Origin: a virus
DNA: 64,000 bases
Strand: one strand, 5' to 3'
Virus record (IMG/VR): IMGVR_UViG_3300017917_003053
Span: 32,001 to 96,000 of that record
The stretch's first letter is position 1. Each line of letters opens with the position of its first letter. The position numbers and the translations under genes are program-made. Positions 47,274-57,100 of the stretch are shown piece by piece. The notes under the pieces were generated by a model. The model was not told the origin of the DNA. It ran no database searches and was given only the letters and a program-made list of their open reading frames with translations.

Positions 47274-47963
47274 ATGACAAACATTATTCTATTATCTTCC
47301 GAAATTCCTAAAGGCATGAAATCTTATGGTCCACGGTCTTTAATCAGAATAGGCAAAAGCGAAGAACCTCTAGTTATTAAACAAATACGTCGTATTCAAT
47401 CGGTCTATAAATCATCTAAATATAAAATTCATATAGTGGTTGGGTTTGAAGCCGAAAAGATTGTTAAAACGGTTAAAGAATATAATTTAAATAAAAATAT
47501 TAATTTTATTTATGATGACTCTTATGAATCGTCTAATAATACTTATGGTCTGTATCAAGCATTAAACCAGATCAAAGGAAACAATTGTTTGATCATACAA
47601 AGCGGAGTAGTCGGATGTTATAAACCTATAAATACTAAAAAATCTAGTTTGGGTGTTGTAAAATCACACTCTAATATTTTTAATATAGGTATCAGATCAG
47701 AAAATAACAAAGCAATATATCTTTTTTATGACCTAGAGAATAGTTGGTCAGAAATGGCTTTTATAGGTTCTGATGATTATGATAACGTAATTACTATGCT
47801 AGGATCGGAACCTTTTGATAAAAAAATTAAGAGTTCATTCTTTTTTGAGATTATTAATCTATTGATAGAAAATAATATACAGTTCTGTTTGGAGCCCATA
47901 AACTTGAATCGTAATATTGCTAAATATCTACATCATAAAAACAATCAATCAACAATATGTTAA
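47274..47963 (+). CDS. sugar/choline-phosphate nucleotidyltransferase-like protein, degenerate
   Basis: IILLSSE..KGMKSYGPRSL (canonical ILAAG.G.RM...PK.L), VVGF...K, Y..SN..Y.L. Confidence 0.7.
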   Translation: MTNIILLSSEIPKGMKSYGPRSLIRIGKSEEPLVIKQIRRIQSVYKSSKYKIHIVVGFEAEKIVKTVKEYNLNKNINFIYDDSYESSNNTYGLYQALNQIKGNNCLIIQSGVVGCYKPINTKKSSLGVVKSHSNIFNIGIRSENNKAIYLFYDLENSWSEMAFIGSDDYDNVITMLGSEPFDKKIKSSFFFEIINLLIENNIQFCLEPINLNRNIAKYLHHKNNQSTIC

Positions 47964-48694
47964 CATATAAAACGAACTTTAGTACCAGACCAGAAGATTT
48001 ATTTTGTCAGTCTTTACAAAGAGAATTTGGTTCTCAGATTTTAATATTTAATCCTGATGATATTTACGAAATAGTATTAAATCATAAGCCCCAATTTATT
48101 GTTTTGCATGATCATGATCTGAGTCACTATCATGTGCAACAATTTTTAAAAGACAAAGACAATGAAAATTTAAAGACAGTATTTATTGTACTAAAGTTCT
48201 TGAAGAAAAAACCTCCTGTTGTTCCATATAAAAATATCAACTTCATAGAGCAATCACAATATTTGCCTTATAATGAGTATTATTCAGATGCAATATCGGA
48301 TGATAACTTTGTATTGTGCGACTTGAATTGCACAGAAGAAAAGAGTAATGTCATTTTGCAGCCACTGATCTATCCTGTGAACAAAGAGATTCCTATGAAA
48401 TTGGTAAACTGTCATAAGGTCGGACACATCCAGAATCTAGGATTGGTTGATGAAGAGACAATGTTAAAACTCTTAGCCAAGTGTTCTTTATACATTAATC
48501 TAAATAATTCATACGTCTATGACGCTATGAGAATGAAAAAACCAATTCTAAATTTAACTGATAATAAATATCTCGATAAAATAACAGAACCAACATTGGA
48601 TAGTTTAAGGAACTTAGAGTTATCATACAATTTAAATATTGACAAATATAAAATATCAAATATCACCAAATATCTAAAATCAAAATATGAATAA
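47957..48694 (+). CDS. degenerate glycosyltransferase-like protein
   Basis: KPQFIVLH, NLG.V, YVYDAMRMKKPIL. Confidence 0.5.
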   Translation: MLTYKTNFSTRPEDLFCQSLQREFGSQILIFNPDDIYEIVLNHKPQFIVLHDHDLSHYHVQQFLKDKDNENLKTVFIVLKFLKKKPPVVPYKNINFIEQSQYLPYNEYYSDAISDDNFVLCDLNCTEEKSNVILQPLIYPVNKEIPMKLVNCHKVGHIQNLGLVDEETMLKLLAKCSLYINLNNSYVYDAMRMKKPILNLTDNKYLDKITEPTLDSLRNLELSYNLNIDKYKISNITKYLKSKYE

Positions 48695-49145
48695 AAAATT
48701 ATCTGCATTAAGCATACAACCTAAAACAGAATACGATGCTGCTATGATTTCTTGGTTTAATAGTTTAGCAACTATTGATTCGACCATTAACTTAAAATTA
48801 TTCTGTTCCTCTTTTGATATTTTGAATTCAGAAAAGAAATTTGCTGTACTGCCCATATACGAGGCCAAATATGAGTACGGCAATTTTTTTGTTTGGGATA
48901 TTTTATCATTAGAATTAGCTATAGATTTTCCAAACATTAATAAAATCTATTATTTTCAAAATAACAATCTTCCTTGGACTAAAGCATTTAATATCAGTTA
49001 TAATGACTGGGCCAACCTTTACGACAACGAAAAGGTTCATATCATTACTAATGATACCAATGTTCAAGAGATATTTAGTCTTACATGGAAGCATATTGAT
49101 ACAGTAGAAGGTACTCCGGAGAGTCTATATGAAGTCATACAATGA
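48687..49145 (+). CDS. hypothetical protein (GT N-domain-like)
   Basis: 152-aa ORF closing the cluster. Confidence 0.55.
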   Translation: MNKKLSALSIQPKTEYDAAMISWFNSLATIDSTINLKLFCSSFDILNSEKKFAVLPIYEAKYEYGNFFVWDILSLELAIDFPNINKIYYFQNNNLPWTKAFNISYNDWANLYDNEKVHIITNDTNVQEIFSLTWKHIDTVEGTPESLYEVIQ

Positions 49146-49923
49146 TTTAAATGATAACGATAAAAAACAATTATTAAAAAAAGAATATGAACAAAATTTA
49201 TTAAGTTTTAGTGAAATTGCTAAAAAATATGATACATATGCGAACAAACTTCGTAGAGACTCTATAAAGTTCAAGATTGCTATTAGAGATAAAAGTGAAG
49301 CACAGAAAGTTGCTTTGCAGAGTGGCAGACATAATCATCCTACCAAAGGCACTGAAAGACCAGAGCATACCAAAAATAAAATAGGAATGTCGGTATTGCA
49401 GTCGTGGGAGAACTTAGACAATGCCGAATTAGAAAGAAGAAAGTTGGTTGCTAAACAAAATTGGGAAAAATTATCTGATGATGAAAAAGCTAATATTCTA
49501 AGAAGTGCAAATACTGCTGTTCGTAAATCTAGTGATGTCGGATCAAAACTGGAATTATTTATATTAGAGCAGTTGGTGAAAAATGGCTATAAGGTTGATT
49601 TCCATAAAGAACAAACCTTATCGAATACAAAATTGCAGATTGACCTCTTCTTGCCTACTATGTCTGTGGCTATAGAAATTGACGGTCCTTCTCATTTTAC
49701 TCCACTGTGGGGAGAAGATACCCTCAAAAAAAATAAGACATACGATAATAAAAAGAACGGGTTGATCATAGGCAAGGGTTTAGTGTTGATTAGGATTAAA
49801 CAAACAAAGGATTTTTCAAAAAGTCGAGCAATGATTGTTTTTGATAAATTACAGGAACAATTATTGTCAATCTCAAACAAATTTCCAGAACCATCCAATA
49901 GACTAATAGAAATAGGAGACTGA
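49129..49923 (+). CDS. Putative homing-type endonuclease (HTH, NUMOD3-like, DUF559/Vsr-like)
   Basis: SFSEIAKKYDT HTH; G..R.E.TK.KI; SKLE...IDL...AIEIDGPSH...D..K. Confidence 0.75.
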   Translation: MKSYNDLNDNDKKQLLKKEYEQNLLSFSEIAKKYDTYANKLRRDSIKFKIAIRDKSEAQKVALQSGRHNHPTKGTERPEHTKNKIGMSVLQSWENLDNAELERRKLVAKQNWEKLSDDEKANILRSANTAVRKSSDVGSKLELFILEQLVKNGYKVDFHKEQTLSNTKLQIDLFLPTMSVAIEIDGPSHFTPLWGEDTLKKNKTYDNKKNGLIIGKGLVLIRIKQTKDFSKSRAMIVFDKLQEQLLSISNKFPEPSNRLIEIGD

Positions 49924-49925
49924 TA

Positions 49926-50630
49926 ATGGCCAAGAAGGAAGAAGCAAAAGTGGCTCAAGAGACCAAAGTTACACCTAATGATTTAGGATGGAATGACTAT
50001 GTTCTGGGATTATTGAGCGAAGATGAAAAGATTGATGGTAATCCAACCACAGATGGTCTTCGTAGAATATTTGAAATAGCCTTAAATTGTGAGATTGTAG
50101 AGTCAACTAGTAAGGTTGTTCAAAGTCCTGAGCCTAGTAATGAAAAACGAGCCACCGTGGTTCACACCATAGGCTATGTTTTAAATAACGACACATCCCG
50201 CACAGGGACTTTAAATACAAAGGTTGTCAGCGGCGCAGCGGACGTTTATTGGGGTAACTGCGATAAAGTCTATCGTAACCACCCGGTTGCTGTTGCAGAA
50301 ACCAGAGCAGAGGGTCGTGCTTTAAGAAGAGCACTAAAACTACGCAAGGTTGTGGCAGCAGAAGAAATAGCCTCCTCTATTGAGGATAATCCTGACCATG
50401 ATTCTGTAAACAAGATTAGTAGTAATCAAATTAGTTTTATAGATAGTATTTCACAAAGACTAAATATTAACGTCAAATCACTACTTGCATCACTAGAAAT
50501 TGCTTCTGATAATATCTATGCGATGACACATAATGATGCTGTCAACGTTATTAGGGCTTTATCCACACATCAACAAAATCTGGATTCCATACCAAAATCA
50601 ATGTTGGGATACGAATCTAGTTGGAGGTAA
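49926..50630 (+). CDS. putative Rad52/Sak-superfamily ssDNA-annealing protein
   Basis: AETRAEGRALRRAL...AEE motif; QI.FI C-terminal helix. Confidence 0.5.
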   Translation: MAKKEEAKVAQETKVTPNDLGWNDYVLGLLSEDEKIDGNPTTDGLRRIFEIALNCEIVESTSKVVQSPEPSNEKRATVVHTIGYVLNNDTSRTGTLNTKVVSGAADVYWGNCDKVYRNHPVAVAETRAEGRALRRALKLRKVVAAEEIASSIEDNPDHDSVNKISSNQISFIDSISQRLNINVKSLLASLEIASDNIYAMTHNDAVNVIRALSTHQQNLDSIPKSMLGYESSWR

Positions 50631-50632
50631 TT

Positions 50633-50968
50633 ATGAAACTAAGATACAGAGTAAATAGTAAGTTAGAATTTGAACTAGAGGGTGAAGGACAAAAAGAAAT
50701 CTTTAAGGAGCTTGCCTCTGTACAAGAAATTTTTGGAGAAGAGAAGTGTGGTTTGTGTGGCAGTCAAAATTTAAAATTCGTTGTGCGAAATGTTGACGGC
50801 AACGACTTCTATGAGTTAAGATGTATGGACTGCAACGCGATATTGGCTTTCGGCCAACACAAAAAAGGAGGGACGTTGTTTCCCAAACGTAAGGACGATC
50901 AAAACAATTGGTTACCAAATAAAGGTTGGCACAAATGGCAAGGCACAAAGGATACAGAAGGCAAGTAG
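50633..50968 (+). CDS. zinc-ribbon protein
   Basis: CGLC...CMDC; GGAGG RBS before ATG 50633. Confidence 0.75.
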   Translation: MKLRYRVNSKLEFELEGEGQKEIFKELASVQEIFGEEKCGLCGSQNLKFVVRNVDGNDFYELRCMDCNAILAFGQHKKGGTLFPKRKDDQNNWLPNKGWHKWQGTKDTEGK

Positions 50969-51960
50969 ACGAGATAGTATCTTGGGGTTTTAATAAAGGT
51001 ATATGGCAAAGTTTAATAATAAACACAGCTATACTTTTATTATTAGCCCTAATATATAGTGATATTCCTAAAAGTATCACAACTATAGCATTAACTCTTG
51101 GTACTACAGAACCATATGATGATGTAGATTTGTCTGCTCCTCCAGAGATACAGATCGAAAGTGTGACAAAATCAGATAATAGTGGCGATCACACTGATCA
51201 GTATATGGTTAATGATCCAGCCGAAGGAGAATTAGTATCTGTTAATCTGGATATTGATACTCCTGTAAATGTATCTTCGGTAAAAGAATTTGCTCCTACT
51301 GGTAAACAACTTATGGAGTCTATTAGTAATTCTCAAAACTATGCTGACCCTTGGAGTGAAACTACTTCTACAGGACTAGGAAAATCTTCCAGAAAAGGAA
51401 GTGGAGGAACTGGTGATGGTGCAGGTGGTGGACAGCCATCAAAGATAGAAAAAAGATTAGCCAAATATAGAGCAAAGACGGGTGACGTGCAGGTATCTAT
51501 TTCTTGGGATAATTATAATGATATAGATCTATGGGTGGCTTTTGAAGGACAGGGGTACTCGAATAATATTGGGTGGCAAAATAGATCAGATATATATGGA
51601 GGTTTATTGGATATAGATTGTAATGTTAATCCTACTACCAGAGAAGCAGTAGAGAATATCTTTTGGCCTATTGGTGGAGCGCCTCCGGGAAGATATACAG
51701 TCTATGTTCATAGATTTAAACAATGGGATAAGGCTTACAGCACCAAAGTAGATGTAAGAATACTATGGGATGGTAATGTAATAAATCGACACATTAATGT
51801 TTCTCATGGAGATATGATAAAAGTTTTTACCTTCACAAAAAAACAAGGATCAACCAGAGTTGTGGCAAAACCCCAAACCTTTTTAGACTCGTTAATGAGT
51901 CCTATGCCATCTTATGAGGATGTAGATACTGGACCCCATTTATTTACTGGACAAGATTGA
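50935..51960 (+). CDS. membrane-anchored YfaP/DUF2135-like protein
   Basis: TM SLIINTAILLLLALIY, disordered linker, DVQVSISWDN.NDIDLWV...GGLLDID.N...VENIFWP...PPG.Y.VYV. Confidence 0.8.
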   Translation: MARHKGYRRQVDEIVSWGFNKGIWQSLIINTAILLLLALIYSDIPKSITTIALTLGTTEPYDDVDLSAPPEIQIESVTKSDNSGDHTDQYMVNDPAEGELVSVNLDIDTPVNVSSVKEFAPTGKQLMESISNSQNYADPWSETTSTGLGKSSRKGSGGTGDGAGGGQPSKIEKRLAKYRAKTGDVQVSISWDNYNDIDLWVAFEGQGYSNNIGWQNRSDIYGGLLDIDCNVNPTTREAVENIFWPIGGAPPGRYTVYVHRFKQWDKAYSTKVDVRILWDGNVINRHINVSHGDMIKVFTFTKKQGSTRVVAKPQTFLDSLMSPMPSYEDVDTGPHLFTGQD

Positions 51961-52442
51961 TCAGCCCATAGGAGTTTATTCATATAATTACGCTCTCTAG
52001 ATAATGCACAACCGCACTTGAGACATGTATTATTTTGATAAAATTCACAACCTTTACAGATCTCCATTCTTTCATCAATTTGTTCCTGAGAGCATTGTTT
52101 TTTATTTTGATTTGGTGGTGTTTGAGGTATGGGATCCATTGGTTTAAGTGCTGGAGATGCTTCACCAAACCACCAATCATTTACTATAAAAGTTTTGCCT
52201 TTATTATTTTCTATTGTTTGTTCTGATACTACAGTACCATCCTGTTTCATAACAGTAACTTTATCCAAAGTAATTTGAGGATAAGAAGGATGCTGTGATG
52301 CTCTCTCTAAAAGAACAGGACATACACGCGATATTCGTACATTATTTTGTGGCTTTATTGTGACAAATTGACAGTGTTTGCAAACGACAAAATTGTTCTT
52401 GAGTTTAGAATCTTCAAACATGCAGTAAATAGATGTTTCCAT
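51912..52442 (-). CDS. Cys-rich zinc-binding protein (DUF6171-like C-terminus)
   Basis: ERMEICKGC...CLKCGC...NKL.WADQ.CP..KW; AAGGAG RBS. Confidence 0.8.
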   Translation of the reverse strand: METSIYCMFEDSKLKNNFVVCKHCQFVTIKPQNNVRISRVCPVLLERASQHPSYPQITLDKVTVMKQDGTVVSEQTIENNKGKTFIVNDWWFGEASPALKPMDPIPQTPPNQNKKQCSQEQIDERMEICKGCEFYQNNTCLKCGCALSRERNYMNKLLWADQSCPVNKWGPVSTSS

Positions 52443-52459
52443 AATTATCTCCTTAATCT

Positions 52460-52487
52460 ATAATAAATTCTAATATTGTATTGTCAA
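52460..52487 (-). promoter_or_regulatory. sigma70-type promoter
   Basis: TTGACA-N16-TATTAT on the - strand upstream of 52442. Confidence 0.55.
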
Positions 52488-54185
52488 TTATTCTGTCGAT
52501 GGAGCACAAGGTTTGGTAGTAATCTTACAGAAAACCATAATTAATTTAATAGCTTTGGTTTCTAAAACTTCTTCTCCAACATATTTTATATTTTGAATTA
52601 AATTAATACCTTCTGTGTTACTAGGACATTTAGAATTTGGATCTTTTTCACACTCATCATTTCCTATCTTGTCACAACTATTGCATATTCTCCAATACTG
52701 TTTACCCTGTATGGGTGGATTATACCCATATACTGCATTAGAAAATGTCTTTATAATTCTATGACTTGGACAATATTTTGTGGAATATGTACACATATCA
52801 TCTGATCTTTCGTACATCAAATCAGTACCACAACTAGTAGCATCACATAATTTTTCTTCAGTTGTTTTGGTATACTGCGGCCCTTCTTCGGCACAACCTT
52901 CTGTAATTGTTTTTTGCATCGTATCTATAAAATTAGAATCGCAACAGTATCCTCTAGTATAAGTTTTAGAGTCTGGTATACATCTATTAGTACTCCCTGT
53001 TTCATCTTTTAAACAATCCTCCATACATACTCTATAGCTAGTATATGGACCAGTTTCATTTTCAGACTCTTCTCCCGGACCTTTTTGTGTGCATTCTTCA
53101 CCATCACACCACCACGGATTATCAGAACCGTCGCCATCTATGGGGCATGGTTGATTATAATATCCCTGCCATCCCCACCAATATCCCCAAAAATTATTCA
53201 TGCAACAATCGTCTCCAATATATCCTGAGTATCCATATCCTCCCCAATACCAGTTATTCCAAGATCTTAAATCATAATTACAGTCTTCTAAATCTTCGCA
53301 CTTATAACATGATGGACATGTATAGTATCCTGACTCATTTTTACCGCAGTCACATTCATCTAATTCCCACAAATTTTCTACAGATGTAGTGGTAGATGTT
53401 TTAAGTTCATATCCTTCTGGTACAGGTGGTGGATTACTTGGACATTTTGTTCCATAAAACCAATAGTAACCATTGTCGCATTTGGCCTCTGGAGAAGTTG
53501 AACACTCTTGTCTAGTTGTTGTACATGATTGGCTGTATACTGGGATGTAAGTAGAGCACGATTTTTCTGGGTATGTTAATTTTTCTGAGCATGTATATGC
53601 CGGTTTAACTAATTCATATTCTACTGTATATTCCTTTTTTACGATTTCATAATCATAATCACATTCACCTTCTTTACAAACAAAGTTTGATGGTGCCTTA
53701 CAACATCTTTCTTCTCTATCTTTTCCATTAATTAATGTGCAGTAATTGCTATCATTATAATCAGATATGCAATTAAAAGTTTTGCATCTGGCTATTCTTG
53801 GTTGTCCACAAGAAGATGCTTCCATATCCTCACAATTTTGACCATAAAAATTAAAACAATTATAATAACTGTAATAATTACCACACCTGTAAGCTTCTGG
53901 GGCATCAATTTCACTGTACAAAAAAGTTAAATTATTACCGTATACACTCCAATTATATCCCCAACCCCACCAGTTATTCCAGTATCCTGTATTCCACCAA
54001 TTGGTTCTACAAGCCATACCTCCGCCGACATAATATGCTGTAGCAATATCTGCTCCACTTTTTTCATCTGATGTGCCGACTCTTCTTTGTTTTTGACAAA
54101 CTTCATTAGAAGAAAAACATTTTTCAACATCATCTGATACCACATACTGGAGTTGGCCATTTTTATCAAAATAACTTTTAGACAT
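52488..54185 (-). CDS. very Cys-rich protein (47 Cys by manual count), putative tail/receptor-binding
   Basis: Long ORF; GGAG RBS favours ATG 54185; W/G/Y-rich patches. Confidence 0.75.
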   Translation of the reverse strand: MSKSYFDKNGQLQYVVSDDVEKCFSSNEVCQKQRRVGTSDEKSGADIATAYYVGGGMACRTNWWNTGYWNNWWGWGYNWSVYGNNLTFLYSEIDAPEAYRCGNYYSYYNCFNFYGQNCEDMEASSCGQPRIARCKTFNCISDYNDSNYCTLINGKDREERCCKAPSNFVCKEGECDYDYEIVKKEYTVEYELVKPAYTCSEKLTYPEKSCSTYIPVYSQSCTTTRQECSTSPEAKCDNGYYWFYGTKCPSNPPPVPEGYELKTSTTTSVENLWELDECDCGKNESGYYTCPSCYKCEDLEDCNYDLRSWNNWYWGGYGYSGYIGDDCCMNNFWGYWWGWQGYYNQPCPIDGDGSDNPWWCDGEECTQKGPGEESENETGPYTSYRVCMEDCLKDETGSTNRCIPDSKTYTRGYCCDSNFIDTMQKTITEGCAEEGPQYTKTTEEKLCDATSCGTDLMYERSDDMCTYSTKYCPSHRIIKTFSNAVYGYNPPIQGKQYWRICNSCDKIGNDECEKDPNSKCPSNTEGINLIQNIKYVGEEVLETKAIKLIMVFCKITTKPCAPSTE

Positions 54186-57100
54186 CTTTAGCTCCAGCAA
54201 AACAGTTGATACATTCTGAAGTTACATTATTACACATATATACTTCTTGTTCTGACTTAAAATCTATTTTTGGACAATTAAAAGATGATGATCTTATATG
54301 GTATATTTTATTATATTCATCATTATTTAGTATTCCAATAATTACATTATCATAAATTTCAAATTTAATATTTAGATTAATATCTGTTTTATTTTCACAA
54401 CATTCTTCGTCTTCTGGTATACACTTATTTTCACAGCATATCTCGTTGTCGGCACACTCAGAGCAATTAGTATCATCATGGTTTTTAAATGTGAGCTTAA
54501 ATTCTTTATTAAAAACTTTGACTGTGCTAACAGATGCTATTTTATCTTTTTGAGATAATAAAGTAAGCTTTTGTTTAAAATAGCTTTTTACGTCTCTAGT
54601 TAATACTTTATATGATGACTTTACTGTTTCTAATAGTTGAGCAGATATCTTCTCGCATTTGGAGTATCCATCTTTTATGTTTAATGAGGTCCAACCATCC
54701 TCATTAGTTTTACATTCATATTCTGTAGACCAATGTTGTAGTTTTACTCTTTTTTCTAAATCAGCACAAGCATTATAGTCACAACCTGTATCTGGGCAGC
54801 ATTGTCCTGGTGAACATCCTCCACCAGCAGAAGTTGATGAAACTATGCAGCTATCTTCTCCGCAATATCCACCCCAGCCAAAACCACACCAGTATCCTCC
54901 ATAACCAAAGGATAAAGCATCGCTAGTATTACAAAAACCATAACAGTTATAATATACAGTACGACTTAAGGCTAAAGCATTAATGCTGTTATAAAAATTA
55001 CTAGTGCAAGAACAGTAACAGGCATTTGCTGCTTTGGAACATGAATCATTATTACAGTCTTTGTATTGATCAGAACAACTTTGAAAACAATCATTATATG
55101 TTTTAGTAATTTTACTATATTCACAACATATTCTATAGTCTTCTTCTTGAGCTTTAAGGTCTAAGTTATGTGCAGCTTTATTGCTGCCATTTTCATCAAT
55201 ATATATAACTTGTTGATAAGAAGATCTGCTTACAGATTCTGTGCCTTTTGGACATGCTTTTTCGTATGCTTCCATAGCTTCTTTAGTTGGGCCGACTATT
55301 TCTCCAAAACAAGAGGGCGTTGCAAAAGATTTTACCGTTTTTGTGATAGGATCACAGGCATCAGGCTCATAGTCTGAATAATCTTGTCCATTACCAGGGA
55401 ATATAGTCAATATATCATATGTGTATTCACAAGTTTCAAACCCAGGTTCTCCAACTAAATTTGTTCCTGGAGGACAATGACACTCTCTAGGTAATGGATC
55501 ACTATAGCTAATTGAAGCATTGCAGTTAACATCTCCACACTGTCTACATGATAAATAATAATCTTCTGGAAGAGTAATCTCTTCGCATTTTATTAATTCA
55601 TAATTAGCATTGATGGATTTCAGATACTCAGCCGCTTCTTCACAACTCCATTCTTCGCACCCATATGGTTGACAGTCTGTTCCTTCTACGCATGGGTTTA
55701 AAGTAGATGAATCACAATCAAATTTGCCTTCGCATATAGTTTTATAAACAGTCATAGAAGATTCTGTTTTAGGATCTACTACAATATCATTAAAACATGT
55801 GCTCTGTATTACCAATCCAGAAGCAGTATCTAGAAGGTTAAAATCACACTTTAAATCATCAACAGATAATGTAAATAATTTACCTTCTCCTACGCATTTT
55901 TTACTCTTAATATCAAAACTATGGCTAATAATATACTTTGATTTAGAATCAGGATCATACTCATAAAATGGTTTAGAGATAACATTTGGATGATTAACTG
56001 AATCTCTATATCTAGATTCATTTTCCATTATCACAGAACTTGGTAAAACATTCAATTGTGCAGCATTCACATTCTCTTTGAAAGCTGATAAATCCACCAA
56101 GATACCTGGAATATATTGAGATCCTGCGCTATAATCTTCTGGAATAATAGTAGCACATTCTTTAGTAGCATCTGCACAGCTATAATTATATAAGAATGTT
56201 TCTCCAATATTTGGGAAACTAAGATCTGTACATGGAATATCTATAGAGTCGCTCTGAGGTAAAAATGTGAATGTAACTTGTTTTGGCGTTTTTAAATCTG
56301 GCTTAATATCTTTTTTAAGTTCAATAATATAATACTCTAAAGATTGAAATTGAATTGTTCCAGTAATATTTCCTGTGGGACAAATGTCAGTACAAGAAAT
56401 ATCTTTCTTTGAATCCTTAAACCAAAAATCTCTACATTCTTTAATTTTATCTTCTTGTTTTTCTAGACAAGCTTCTCTATCTGACAAACATGCTTCTCTT
56501 CTATCTAAACAGGCATCAATATCAGCCTGTTTTTCATAACTATCGCAATCCTCAGAGTTACATTCTTCTTCTGTCTTACAGCAATAATTTATAGCATTAC
56601 ATTGGGATGGGAAAGAGGTCTCTGTTATATTTAATAATTGTTGATCTTTTCCTACCAACCCAAGAATATCGTATATGTCAGCTTTAGTAATTTCATATGA
56701 TTCTTCGCATATATTAGTTGGATATCTGTCTGAGCATGTGCTAGAGTCTCCTTGGCAACTATATTCTATCTTTTTTGGTATCTTGTATTTTGTATTAGTG
56801 GTTAATAGAATATTTTTAGATGTTAATAAACTCCATGAATCATTTTCTTTGATGTCTATCCAGTATAAATTATCATTATATGGAATGGGCATTTTATTAT
56901 ACAGATAATCGAATGATTTGGGCTGAAAGAAATCTTCGAAATAGATAGTTCCACTGTTACTAATGATTGGTTTTTTAGAATTATCTTCTTCAAAAATATT
57001 TAAATCAATAAATGGATTGAAATCTTTATTCAAAGATCTTATATGAGATTGTTCTAAATATAACTTGTCATTTGGATTATTAACGGCGCTAGTAAGCTTT

